From IMG/VR virus record IMGVR_UViG_3300046780_000733: a DNA stretch of 64,000 nt; one strand, given 5' to 3'. The position numbers were made by a program, and so were the translations under genes. The number at the start of each line of letters is the position of its first letter. Positions within the stretch are counted from its first letter, which is position 1. This DNA is from a virus. Of this stretch, positions 45,918-55,482 are shown piece by piece. A model generated the notes under the pieces. The model was not told the origin of the DNA. It searched no databases and saw only the letters and a program-made list of their open reading frames with translations.

Positions 45918-48340
45918 CCCTCGATCGTGTACGTGATCCCGGCGTTCAGATACTGTACGAAGAGAGGTTTACACACATAGTAGATGGGGTTCGTGAGTAT
46001 CGCGACACCAGTGATCCCCAGGCCAAGGCACGTAAGCGTGTATCCCGGTGCTGTCCAGGATGGGATCGTGCCCGACAACGAGTAGGCCAGCGTGGTAGAT
46101 CCCGCAGTCGGTCCGTCCCACGAGAGATTGATGTCTCTGCGTGGGATCGGGCACGGGAAACTCGACGCACAGCACGCGACGCGATTCTGGGCACTGATGG
46201 GGATCGAGACCGTGACCGTCGTCGAGGGCGGGGGGATCGGTGTGGCAGTCCCGCATACCGAAGTATCGGGGTTCAGGGTGAACGTCGCCGTCACCGCGGA
46301 GCCGTCGCACGTCGGGGCCACCGACTGGGTCCATGTATTGACCAGAGCGAGAGTCACCGACGACTCTACATTGCCCGTGAAGTACCCGCACACGGAATCG
46401 TCGTAGGGGCAAACGGAGATCGGATACGTCCACACCTGGAGTGTCAGATTGTCGCCGTCGCAGAACACAACGTAGTAGTAGATGACGGAAGCCGGTCCAG
46501 GGATGCACTCGTTCGAGAAACTATCATCGCCGTACGCGGTTTGCGACAGAAACTGTTGCCTCGACGTCAAGAAAAAGCTTCTGCTGTAATCATAGGTGAG
46601 CGGGAACGACCCGTGGGAATCCCTGGCCGTGCCACCGATCACGTCGATGTCAGCGTCGCATGCTGTGCACGGTACTGTTTCGATGCACGTCGCGCCGCAG
46701 GTGACGTTGATCTCCTGCCTCGGCGGCGGATCAGCGCAGCTCACTTGCTGGCACCCAGGAGCCGTGGCGTAGATCCAGTATTGATCCGGAGACGGCATGT
46801 CCATGCAGCACGTGCCGGTCGATGGAATCGTGCAGGAACCGACGACCTTGTTGTTGCGGTCCACCATGGTGACAACCGCACCCTTCACGTAAGGGTTCGC
46901 GACAACAGAGGCAGTCAATGTGGCCAATCCGACCGGCCTGGTCACGGTGCCGATGGGCGGCGAACCCGGAAAAGTGCGACCACTGCTGTCTCCGTACCGA
47001 GTAGGCTCCGAGAACGAAAATGTATTGGTGAACGGCGTGCACGCTGGTTTGACAGCGGATTCATATTCGACGAAGATTCCAGTCCCGCTGCCAAAAGCCG
47101 CGTCCGCGAACGAGGAGAACGTCTGATAGGCGAGCAACAATGGCTTGGGGTCGATGAGCCCACCGCTGTTGGCGAAAAAAAGAGTGATGTTCCCGGGAGA
47201 GTCGGGTGTGATCGTGAATGTCTGGGGGTCGGAACTGTTATTCCACGTGAGAACGATGCTTCCGCTGATAGTTACCGTGCCCGTGTAGACTCCATCCGGA
47301 GTGACAACGAAGTCACCGCTCTCGACGTTCGGCGACCCCCAGTTCGGAGACGGAGGGTTCACCGCGTACGCCCCAGCCACCCCTGGGACTCGGACTGTGT
47401 AGAACTGAGGAGGCGGGTTTGCTAATCCGCCATTGTTCGTGGCGGTCAAGGTCACGATGCCCGAACCCGTGGGGTGAATCTTGAACGTCTGGGTCTCGTT
47501 GGTCCCGTTCCATGTGCCCACGAACGACGTCGATATCCCAGCTCCGACCACCGAGACGGTGATCGTCCCGGAGTACGGGTCATTGGGCGTGATGCCGAAG
47601 TCGCCGCTGTCGTTGTCCGTGTTCCCGACCGGAGGATCGGGTGCCGAGAACAGGAACGGAGCCGGCCCGTACTGGCCACCAGGGCAGATGTCCGCGTAGA
47701 CTCTCATGACCAGAGAGACCGTGTCTGGATTGAACTTCCAGTAGTACCCGTACTGGCCTGATCCACTCACTGTCCCTTCACAGAGACGATCTGGGTTCCA
47801 AAGATTTGTCGATGCAAACGCGTGAATCGATGTGCCCAGAAATGGTCCAGGCTGCCACCCAAGAGCCCAGCTCGACGACCACGGATATGCGCCCAGGGCA
47901 TCCGTGACCATGTAGTCGTAGGCGATGTATTCATCACACGCCGGGCAGTAAATAGAGTTGTCGGGGCCGGTCCCGCAGTAGTCAACGACGGTGACACAGA
48001 TCTTGCCGCAACTGGTCCCGCTACAGCAGGTCTCAGCGACCCATCGCCCGCCCACGGCCTTGCAGACGAGCTTGTCGCCGACAGACGGCACCTTGGGGCC
48101 GAGAACGGCCACGTAGATTTCGCGAGTCGCGGCGGTCACGGTCGCGGACCCGCCCTCGGCTGGGGGATCGCCGCCGAATGTCACCGGGTTCACCTTCACG
48201 TACCCCGGCAGCGACGCACCAGGAGAGCCCGTGACGATCCCCGCCATGAGCCGCGGGGGAATCGTACGCTCCTTGAGCAACTGGATACCCTGGCGGATAT
48301 CCAGCATGTCAACCCGAAACTGTCTCAGATCCTCGGACAT
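45914..48340 (-). CDS. Cys-rich tail protein with inserted Ig-like modules
   Basis: N-terminus paralogous to 48349-48681; Ig-like units shared with 61624-63504. Confidence 0.7.
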   Translation of the reverse strand: MSEDLRQFRVDMLDIRQGIQLLKERTIPPRLMAGIVTGSPGASLPGYVKVNPVTFGGDPPAEGGSATVTAATREIYVAVLGPKVPSVGDKLVCKAVGGRWVAETCCSGTSCGKICVTVVDYCGTGPDNSIYCPACDEYIAYDYMVTDALGAYPWSSSWALGWQPGPFLGTSIHAFASTNLWNPDRLCEGTVSGSGQYGYYWKFNPDTVSLVMRVYADICPGGQYGPAPFLFSAPDPPVGNTDNDSGDFGITPNDPYSGTITVSVVGAGISTSFVGTWNGTNETQTFKIHPTGSGIVTLTATNNGGLANPPPQFYTVRVPGVAGAYAVNPPSPNWGSPNVESGDFVVTPDGVYTGTVTISGSIVLTWNNSSDPQTFTITPDSPGNITLFFANSGGLIDPKPLLLAYQTFSSFADAAFGSGTGIFVEYESAVKPACTPFTNTFSFSEPTRYGDSSGRTFPGSPPIGTVTRPVGLATLTASVVANPYVKGAVVTMVDRNNKVVGSCTIPSTGTCCMDMPSPDQYWIYATAPGCQQVSCADPPPRQEINVTCGATCIETVPCTACDADIDVIGGTARDSHGSFPLTYDYSRSFFLTSRQQFLSQTAYGDDSFSNECIPGPASVIYYYVVFCDGDNLTLQVWTYPISVCPYDDSVCGYFTGNVESSVTLALVNTWTQSVAPTCDGSAVTATFTLNPDTSVCGTATPIPPPSTTVTVSIPISAQNRVACCASSFPCPIPRRDINLSWDGPTAGSTTLAYSLSGTIPSWTAPGYTLTCLGLGITGVAILTNPIYYVCKPLFVQYLNAGITYTIEG

Positions 48341-48348
48341 GATTCCTC

Positions 48349-48681
48349 TTAGCAGTACGCGAACACCCACCGACCACCCGTACTTGTTGCGATCCTCACC
48401 GTGCCCACCGGAGGCACCTTGGAGCCGGCGTTCCACACGTAGACGATGCGGGTTGGCGTCTCGGGCTGAACCACGGCATTGCTGCCCTCGACAGTGGGTC
48501 CGCTGATCGAGCAAGGGTTGCAGGCGTAGTAGGCCTGGGGAATGGTCGGGTACGAATCCTTGGTGGTCGTCTTGACCAGGATCTCGCGCGGAGGCATGCT
48601 CTGAGTCATACTTTGGATGGTGCGCAGCTCATCTCGGGCATCGAGGATGTCGATCCTGAGCTGGCGATCTATCTCGTCCAT
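48349..48681 (-). CDS. Small tail-tip protein
   Basis: KVP.VG...GGRWV shared with the next gene; coupled. Confidence 0.65.
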   Translation of the reverse strand: MDEIDRQLRIDILDARDELRTIQSMTQSMPPREILVKTTTKDSYPTIPQAYYACNPCSISGPTVEGSNAVVQPETPTRIVYVWNAGSKVPPVGTVRIATSTGGRWVFAYC

Positions 48682-51068
48682 CAGTGTGCTCCGCCGTGTG
48701 CTCTCCCGTGGTGCAGTCTTGCCTGCAACGCGGTACGGCGAGCCATGGGGTCGGCCCGCTCGTCGGTCAGCGTCACCGTCGTGGTTTGCTGGCCCTCGCA
48801 GGTCCACGCGATCGACTGGATTCGAGAGTATCTTGGTGTCTCGCCCTGGCCAGCACCAGAGTTGATCTGCATATTGACGTCGCGGCCGTCAATCGACTCC
48901 ACGGTCATGCCCACGTTGTACGCGGTCGAGAATCTCGGGATCGTGAAGTTGCCTGCGTGCGAACCAGATTCATGAGATCTCTGGTATCCCTGCATGATGT
49001 TCTTGGCGACCTTGGTGTCGTCGCGAGCGTAATAAAAATCCTTGGCGTTACCCTTGTCATCTTTGAATTTGTCCGGCGAAACGTCCTTGGCAATCATCGA
49101 ATACTTGGTTGCGATCTGCTTCTTCCATCGATCACGCTGATCGAGTTTTCGGCGGATACGGTATCCAGTGAGCGACGAATCCCTTCTGGGTAGGACGAGG
49201 TCAATGTCATGATCAAACTGAATCACGCATGTCAACGCAAAGATAATCCCACGTCCACCGTTTGTGAGCCACTGGACGACATTAAGAAGGCCATTCTCGT
49301 TCTCGAAAACCTCAGTGAGAGGCTTCTCGTCGTGCTTCAGGGGGTTCCCAGCCGAAAACCCGTTTGGATCAAAGCATGTGAGTTGGATGCCGATGCGGTC
49401 ATCGAGCAGACTGTACTCGGTGGAAGATACCAGTTGCCATTTGCCATCGCCGTTCCATATAATTGGAATCCGGCTCGGTGGGCTACCATCAGCATCTTTT
49501 GTGTAGTTTTTGTAATCCGACACGTGAAGTTGGTATCGATATGCCTGTCCATCCGGTAATTTGGAATGCAATTGTCCGATCGGCTTCCTCTTGCGATGCA
49601 GGAATTTGAAGTCTTTTAATAGAGGACGGTCCCTGTCGTCGATGGTGAATAGTTTGTAGAACTTCGTGTCGAGATCTTGACTAGACATGTTTTTGGCTTG
49701 GGCGTCCCATACCTCGGCGCCGTTCTCGCCAAAGATGAACCTTCGATATTTGAGCCGGTTGTCGGGGCCATCTCCTCCGTCCATGAACAACGGAAGATTC
49801 TCTAGGTCCGCGTCGTCTATGGGGAACCCTGGTGCCAGCAAGAACGTGGCCTCATACTCTACCATCGCGGTGTCAATCTCGAACTCGTTGGCGACATGAA
49901 CGGCATCCCGTGCCATGCGAATCGCGCCGACATTGGTCTGGCCTGGATCGAGGTCACTCCTGGGTTCCTGGAGACGCAATGTCGTGGTGAGCTTGTCGTC
50001 ATCCTCCCGGTAGAAGGTCATGATCCACTCTGGGAGCTGGTTATCCTCGTTGACCTGGATGTCGAACCGATAGTGGAACCCGAACGGGCGGATCAGCCTC
50101 GAAACCGCCTCCGGCCACGAGATCCCTGTCACCTCGACATCGGGGCACATGATGTTGACTTTGTCGTAGGTTTCAGGATCGTGGAGGTCGATGGGGCCAC
50201 CGTCGTCCTTGGGGACGATGGCCTTGAGCAACTTGGTGAGATCGACGAAGTCAGGAACCTTCACGTACGGCAATGGGTAATCGTGGGCGACGTCTCGCAG
50301 GTCGGGAGCACCCTGGAGCCCGAGAGGATGCTCGATTCCGACGAGCACGCAATACTGGACGGCCATGGCCAGGGTCCAGAGTTGCGCCCTGGGATTCGAG
50401 GCTTCCTCTGGGTCGTCTACCGACGTGAACGGATACGCGGTGTCCCCGTCCGCGACGAAGTAATAGTCGCCTTTGATCTGAGGCGTCTCGTTGTCGTCAT
50501 CCGGTGCATTGTCTGGCTGCGCGTTCGCTTTCCCCAGAGGGTTGAATCTTGCAACCGTATCCGTGTAATACCACGAGGGTTTCGATGTTTCATCTTCGTC
50601 CTGCCACAGCGCCCCCGGGAGAACGAAATCCCACTCGCGAAACGGAGTCCCCATCGCCGTGACCACCACTGTCTCCGTGTTGCCATCCACGATCGCCTGA
50701 GGTTGCGTCACGAAGCCATCGAACACATAGAGGAATTCTCCGTCACCGAGATCGCGGATTACGACGATGCGATCATCTACATGAAGAACCTCTTCTCGAT
50801 CTGGAGGATTTCCGTATGCCTGGTCGAACCGCGTCGGAAAGTTGCCGGGCAGAAAATTGGGGTCGAACCGATAGCGGAACGTCGCCACTGGGGGGTTGGC
50901 ATCTTCGCGGATCGTGATATTGGTCACGACGAGATTGGGCTGCGGCTGCATGAACCAGCTATTATCACCTTCTGCCTGGGACCATCGGAAGACGCCCAGC
51001 ATCTCCGATGGACGCCCCAACGGGATTTCGTCCGCATTGAGATCGCCTGTGCCTGCATCGCCTGGCAT
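48681..51068 (-). CDS. Tail hub/baseplate-like protein
   Basis: Size and position downstream of tape measure; VFDGFV..P, late-D/Tal-like layout. Confidence 0.6.
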   Translation of the reverse strand: MPGDAGTGDLNADEIPLGRPSEMLGVFRWSQAEGDNSWFMQPQPNLVVTNITIREDANPPVATFRYRFDPNFLPGNFPTRFDQAYGNPPDREEVLHVDDRIVVIRDLGDGEFLYVFDGFVTQPQAIVDGNTETVVVTAMGTPFREWDFVLPGALWQDEDETSKPSWYYTDTVARFNPLGKANAQPDNAPDDDNETPQIKGDYYFVADGDTAYPFTSVDDPEEASNPRAQLWTLAMAVQYCVLVGIEHPLGLQGAPDLRDVAHDYPLPYVKVPDFVDLTKLLKAIVPKDDGGPIDLHDPETYDKVNIMCPDVEVTGISWPEAVSRLIRPFGFHYRFDIQVNEDNQLPEWIMTFYREDDDKLTTTLRLQEPRSDLDPGQTNVGAIRMARDAVHVANEFEIDTAMVEYEATFLLAPGFPIDDADLENLPLFMDGGDGPDNRLKYRRFIFGENGAEVWDAQAKNMSSQDLDTKFYKLFTIDDRDRPLLKDFKFLHRKRKPIGQLHSKLPDGQAYRYQLHVSDYKNYTKDADGSPPSRIPIIWNGDGKWQLVSSTEYSLLDDRIGIQLTCFDPNGFSAGNPLKHDEKPLTEVFENENGLLNVVQWLTNGGRGIIFALTCVIQFDHDIDLVLPRRDSSLTGYRIRRKLDQRDRWKKQIATKYSMIAKDVSPDKFKDDKGNAKDFYYARDDTKVAKNIMQGYQRSHESGSHAGNFTIPRFSTAYNVGMTVESIDGRDVNMQINSGAGQGETPRYSRIQSIAWTCEGQQTTTVTLTDERADPMARRTALQARLHHGRAHGGAH

Positions 51069-51078
51069 CTCTTGCTCC

Positions 51079-51597
51079 TCACGCGAGACGTACCTGGACC
51101 GCGTTGCCCGTTCTGTAAAAACCGCCGATCGGCACGCCGCCGCTCGCCGCTGCCCCGTCTGAGGCCGCATTAACCAGAATTCCACCGGCCGGAGACAGAG
51201 ACAGCGGGAGTGGCATGCGGTCGTCGGTGATCGACAGGATGGTGCCCACGCCGGCCACGACGGTCCCGAGTTTCGTGTGGGCGGCGGATGGATATGAAAC
51301 GGCGGTGGTGAGCGTTCCCGTGGCGTCCAGATACAGAACTGTGGTCGATGATGCCGTCACGATCTGAGACGTAGCACCAGGGAACGCCCCCACGCTGCCG
51401 TCTAGTTTCTGATAGGAACACGACGCAACCGTGACGTTCAGCGACACCGATGGAATCTCGGTCGGGGTCACGCAGCCGGCACCGATCGCGTTGATTGCGT
51501 CGAGCAGATCCGAGTTGGCGTTGACCGGGATGTCCCAGTTGCGGTCAGATCGGGCCGGCTTGGCTATTCTGGCTCGCGAAGTGTAGGAGTTTGACAT
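51079..51597 (-). CDS. Virion structural protein
   Basis: WD.PVNAN.DLLD; ITDDR; AASGGVPIGGFYRTG tail motif. Confidence 0.65.
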   Translation of the reverse strand: MSNSYTSRARIAKPARSDRNWDIPVNANSDLLDAINAIGAGCVTPTEIPSVSLNVTVASCSYQKLDGSVGAFPGATSQIVTASSTTVLYLDATGTLTTAVSYPSAAHTKLGTVVAGVGTILSITDDRMPLPLSLSPAGGILVNAASDGAAASGGVPIGGFYRTGNAVQVRLA

Positions 51598-51600
51598 CGT

Positions 51601-52899
51601 TTATCCTGGGCTCGGGAGCCACGTCACGGTCGCGGTGTGCGTGGGCTGATTGTAGGTGTACTCTACGCGATTCCCGCGAGTGTCGCGGGCCGGCGGATCA
51701 GGTGGTCCGTCAACCTGGATCGATCCCTCGTCAGGGCTGCCTTCGTTGCCGAGCATGTCGAACGACTTGACGCCGACGCGCCACAGGCCGCGGGCCAGAT
51801 GGTCGCTGGTCCACGTGTACTGGTTGCTGGCGCGGCCAAACCCGCCGTCGCCGAAGCCGCCGAGCCCGAATCCATCGGTGATGTTGTTGCCGTCGAACGC
51901 CGGAACCGTGGCCACGATGCTGTTGTAGTCGATCGAGGCCACGTTGGGGCCGTCGCTCATATAGACGTGGAACCCGGCAATGTCGTCGCCGAGGTAGCGG
52001 CCACCGGTCCAATTGAGCGTGATCTCCCGCTTCGGCGTCACCGGGAACGTAGAGGAGAAATCGAACGATTGCTGGCCCGTTGGAACGGCGCCCACCTTGT
52101 ACTGGACGTTGCCCACCGGGTACGGAATGACGACCTTGGTTTCCTGCGTCCACTTGGTCAGGACATTGTTGATATAGACCTGATACCAGTAACCCTTGGG
52201 CAGCGATGATTCCCACTGGAGCAAGATTTCATCGCCGACGCGTCGAACCGTCAGGTCCAGGATGACCCACGTCGTGAATCCGTGCAGAACAAGGTTGGCA
52301 TCGTTCTCGGCAGATCCTCCGTAGGAGACGCCGCCGATCCACGTCTGCTGGTAGAATCGCCCATGCGCCTGAGACAAACCGGACAGGACGGGGCCACCGT
52401 GTGCAGTCACGGTCACGGTGAGCGGCGCCGACACCAGCTCGGAGAGCACAGGGCCACCGTGCGCCGTGGCCGTAAACCCGGCACTCGGTTGAGCGATCGT
52501 TTCCCCGAGTACAGGGCCACCACTGCCAGTCACGGTCGTCGTCGAGGCAGCGGACACCAGTTCCGAGAGTACAGGTCCACCGGACGCGGTGATCGTGAAT
52601 CCGAGTTTCGGCTGAGCCACGGTCTCGCCGAGCACGGGTCCACCCGATGCCGAGACTGTGAACACGATGCCAGGATGGCTAAGCGAGGACGCCGCGACTA
52701 CGCCGCCGGTGCCGGTCACGGAGAACGAGAGCAATCCCTGGGACGTGCCACCGAGGACGGGTCCGCCCGCGGAAGACACACTGACGCCGGGAGGCGTAAA
52801 GGTGGGAGTAAACGAGAACGGCTGGCCGAGTCCATTGAGCGAACTGACCAGCCTGAACGTGTATACCGGGCTGTTGCCTCCAACACGGACTGTCGGCAT
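51601..52899 (-). CDS. Virion protein with GGPVL repeats and FnIII-like C-domains
   Basis: Repeated (A/T)xGGPVL(G/S); L.W..GFHVY, V.SFD..GNE. Confidence 0.7.
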   Translation of the reverse strand: MPTVRVGGNSPVYTFRLVSSLNGLGQPFSFTPTFTPPGVSVSSAGGPVLGGTSQGLLSFSVTGTGGVVAASSLSHPGIVFTVSASGGPVLGETVAQPKLGFTITASGGPVLSELVSAASTTTVTGSGGPVLGETIAQPSAGFTATAHGGPVLSELVSAPLTVTVTAHGGPVLSGLSQAHGRFYQQTWIGGVSYGGSAENDANLVLHGFTTWVILDLTVRRVGDEILLQWESSLPKGYWYQVYINNVLTKWTQETKVVIPYPVGNVQYKVGAVPTGQQSFDFSSTFPVTPKREITLNWTGGRYLGDDIAGFHVYMSDGPNVASIDYNSIVATVPAFDGNNITDGFGLGGFGDGGFGRASNQYTWTSDHLARGLWRVGVKSFDMLGNEGSPDEGSIQVDGPPDPPARDTRGNRVEYTYNQPTHTATVTWLPSPG

Positions 52900-52914
52900 C
52901 GCAATCCTCCCGCT

Positions 52915-53493
52915 TTATGGTTGCGTGAGGATCTCGACATAGGTGTCGTCGCAGCCTGGTGCCGTGAATAGCAGTCCGATCGTGGTGCCGTTGAGATCAG
53001 ACGCCGACAGGTTGATAACGTAGAAACCCGTGGTGGCATTCTCGGCGGCCGAGTTCGTGCACGGCGCGAACGCGGCACCGTCGATAGATCGAGTAGACGT
53101 GACCGTGACGCCAGTCTTGCGATCGGGACGGTTCGCGGAATCGATCATCGGGAACTCGAATCCGTTAATCCCTACGTTCTTGCGAATCCCGGGTGGAGTC
53201 AGGGTGATCACGGTGTCGGCGAACTGGGACTCCACGGTGATCCCGGTGGTGGTGCTGGACCACGAGAACGCGAGCCGATTCCCATTGGTCTCCGCTTGCG
53301 CCAGAGGCTGCCAGTACACGCCGTGCCCAACCTCTGTAGGATGAGTGGTGGTAAAGGATGCGTCTGCACCACCATCCGCCGACCAGTGCCCGGTGATGTT
53401 GGTCTGGTCGCCTGTCTTGCCGATCGGGGGAGAAGCCGTCGTGTCGGTGGCAAAAAGGTAAGTCCCTTGCGACACCTGATTCTTTTGTAACAT
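52915..53493 (-). CDS. Virion structural protein, internal duplication
   Basis: Two halves each with KTG..DG..G.Y...L...(E/D).NG. Confidence 0.65.
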   Translation of the reverse strand: MLQKNQVSQGTYLFATDTTASPPIGKTGDQTNITGHWSADGGADASFTTTHPTEVGHGVYWQPLAQAETNGNRLAFSWSSTTTGITVESQFADTVITLTPPGIRKNVGINGFEFPMIDSANRPDRKTGVTVTSTRSIDGAAFAPCTNSAAENATTGFYVINLSASDLNGTTIGLLFTAPGCDDTYVEILTQP

Positions 53494-53507
53494 TCATGCC
53501 TCGCAAG

Positions 53508-53825
53508 TCACGCCAACTTCGACCCCGGCAGCATCCACGACGTCTCCTTGCGAGACTCCGGGAGATGGTCGAACTCGACCAGCATCTCCACGTCGTCAAG
53601 TTCCGCTGCGGCGAACTCGACGCGAACCACCGAAGTTCCATCGAAGTGCATCAGGTCGTGACCGTGATCCGCCTGCATCGCGAACCGATTCGGAGCGTCG
53701 AACACCATCGTCGCCTTACCATCCGGGGTCACGTGAGGATCGCCGACCAAGTGCAACTTCTTGGCTTTTGCCAGCGCCTCTTTGCTCGCGTACCAGTGGC
53801 CGTCACGAACCATCAAGATATGCAT
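53508..53825 (-). CDS. Hypothetical protein
   Basis: TAATG coupling. Confidence 0.55.
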   Translation of the reverse strand: MHILMVRDGHWYASKEALAKAKKLHLVGDPHVTPDGKATMVFDAPNRFAMQADHGHDLMHFDGTSVVRVEFAAAELDDVEMLVEFDHLPESRKETSWMLPGSKLA

Positions 53826-54268
53826 TAGTTGCTACCCAACTCGATCACCGGAACCAGTGATACGCTCGAAGGATTGACCAAAGAAACGCTCGACGCCCAC
53901 TGCTCCGCGAGCAACCCGACTGCGGACGTGTTGCCCTTCCAGAAGTGGCCGTAGACGGTCTGTGCCGACGTCGCGTTCCACGTCTGGGTCGTCCCGTAGG
54001 TGGAGATCGCGTTGTGGTTGGTTCCGTCTATGGTGCTACCAGTCAACGCCACCGCGCCCCACGTGCCACCAGCGATGGACCTGGTCAGCGTCTTCTGGCT
54101 ATACCCAGAAAATGACGCTTCGATGGCAGTATAAGTGGATAGGGTGTCCGTGACCGCAGGCGTATGGCTCGCGGCGAACAACCCGAGCAGGATGTTTTCC
54201 AGAGAGCCGCCGCCGAGCAGGTCTGTGAGCCACTGCTGTTGACCAGTCTTGAGAACCTTTGCTGCCAC
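53825..54268 (-). CDS. Virion structural protein
   Basis: LGLF...TP...DTL....EASFSGY, TVYG; GGGAGG RBS. Confidence 0.7.
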   Translation of the reverse strand: MAAKVLKTGQQQWLTDLLGGGSLENILLGLFAASHTPAVTDTLSTYTAIEASFSGYSQKTLTRSIAGGTWGAVALTGSTIDGTNHNAISTYGTTQTWNATSAQTVYGHFWKGNTSAVGLLAEQWASSVSLVNPSSVSLVPVIELGSN

Positions 54269-54356
54269 CGCTGCCTCCCGTCGTCGTAGATGCCGCCGCC
54301 GTCTCTACAGGGAGCATCGATTTGGAACCAAAGAAGTGAACCAGCCTACTAGCCAG

Positions 54357-54767
54357 TCAAGTCCCGAAGGTTGACAGCAGGAATAAAGGAATTCCTATGC
54401 TGTAAAGATGCCTTAAAACTGCCGTGTACCTGCGCCAGAATCCAAGTTCCGGTGCGAAGTGACCATGGGGTTCGATTTCGAGTGCTTCAACTTTGACGTT
54501 CGCCCAGTTGGTGCCGTTGGAGTCGGTGAGAACGTGCGTCAGACCGTCCTTGAAACTGCGGAGGCCATTCTCGGCCCCGGCGAGACCGCCAGGAGAAGTA
54601 CCCACGAGCATACCCGTGCATTTGGTGATGCGTCCCCTGTGGCCCTGATCGAGTTCCTCGACGCCGTTGAGCCCAGGGTAGGTGTTACGTTGGGCCTCGC
54701 GGGGGAGTTCCGACGTGCTCATCTTGACCGCGATCCCGAAGACATTACTGGAATCCAGAGCTGGCAC
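54357..54767 (-). CDS. Distal tail / DNA-circulation-like protein
   Basis: YPGLNGVE..D.G.RGR; position after tape measure. Confidence 0.5.
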   Translation of the reverse strand: MPALDSSNVFGIAVKMSTSELPREAQRNTYPGLNGVEELDQGHRGRITKCTGMLVGTSPGGLAGAENGLRSFKDGLTHVLTDSNGTNWANVKVEALEIEPHGHFAPELGFWRRYTAVLRHLYSIGIPLFLLSTFGT

Positions 54768-54768
54768 G

Positions 54769-55269
54769 TTAGATTCTCCTGGCTCCTAGGCTTACGATGT
54801 ACCAGTCGAGATGCTTGTCGAGGAATATGTCGAGGCTGTCGCAGGTGTCTTTGCTCAGGTCGTAAAAGGGACGCGCGGGGCGTTTGTTGTGGCGTGTTCC
54901 CTCGCTGGTCCACTCGGCCTTCAACTGCTCGAATGACGTCAGCCCGTACCGCATCGTCATCCCGTCTTTCATCAGCATGACAGTGCCGCGGATTTGCAGA
55001 TAATCAAGCATGCGGCCCGTCATGAAGTTTCGGCGTGTGTCGTAACCCTTGCTGATCTTCCACGCCAGGTACTTGGCGGTGAGCGCTTTCCACGCCTGAC
55101 CATTCGGGGCTTTGCCTGCCTGTGACTGTACAAGAATACCGATTGCAATCAGGTCCGCGACTTCATACCCTAAAGGACGGCCACTGTAGGTGGTCTCCGT
55201 CATATTGAAGGAGTCGCCGAGGGCGGCCACCAGATGTCTGAACTGCCACGACGACGCAATGATCGACAC
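54769..55269 (-). CDS. Virion morphogenesis (tail completion/neck) protein
   Basis: P.G..W..L...Y..WK, TG.M, PARPF. Confidence 0.7.
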   Translation of the reverse strand: MSIIASSWQFRHLVAALGDSFNMTETTYSGRPLGYEVADLIAIGILVQSQAGKAPNGQAWKALTAKYLAWKISKGYDTRRNFMTGRMLDYLQIRGTVMLMKDGMTMRYGLTSFEQLKAEWTSEGTRHNKRPARPFYDLSKDTCDSLDIFLDKHLDWYIVSLGARRI

Positions 55270-55281
55270 GAGGAATCCCCA

Positions 55282-55482
55282 ATGGCGACCATAGACCGAA
55301 CCATCGACGCCTCTACAAAGAGTCAGGCGTCGGAACTATCGATGATTCAACGCCAACTCAGGTATCAGAACGCGATCCTGGCGCTCACGGCCTGCGTCCT
55401 CGCGGGGAGTTTTCACGCGATGCTTCTTGTTCCCGTTGTCATCTATCTGGTGACCACACTGGCGGTGATCCGGGAACTATGA
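55282..55482 (+). CDS. Small membrane protein oriented against the tail operon
   Basis: GAGG RBS; long hydrophobic C-terminus; stop abuts the tape-measure stop. Confidence 0.5.
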   Translation: MATIDRTIDASTKSQASELSMIQRQLRYQNAILALTACVLAGSFHAMLLVPVVIYLVTTLAVIREL

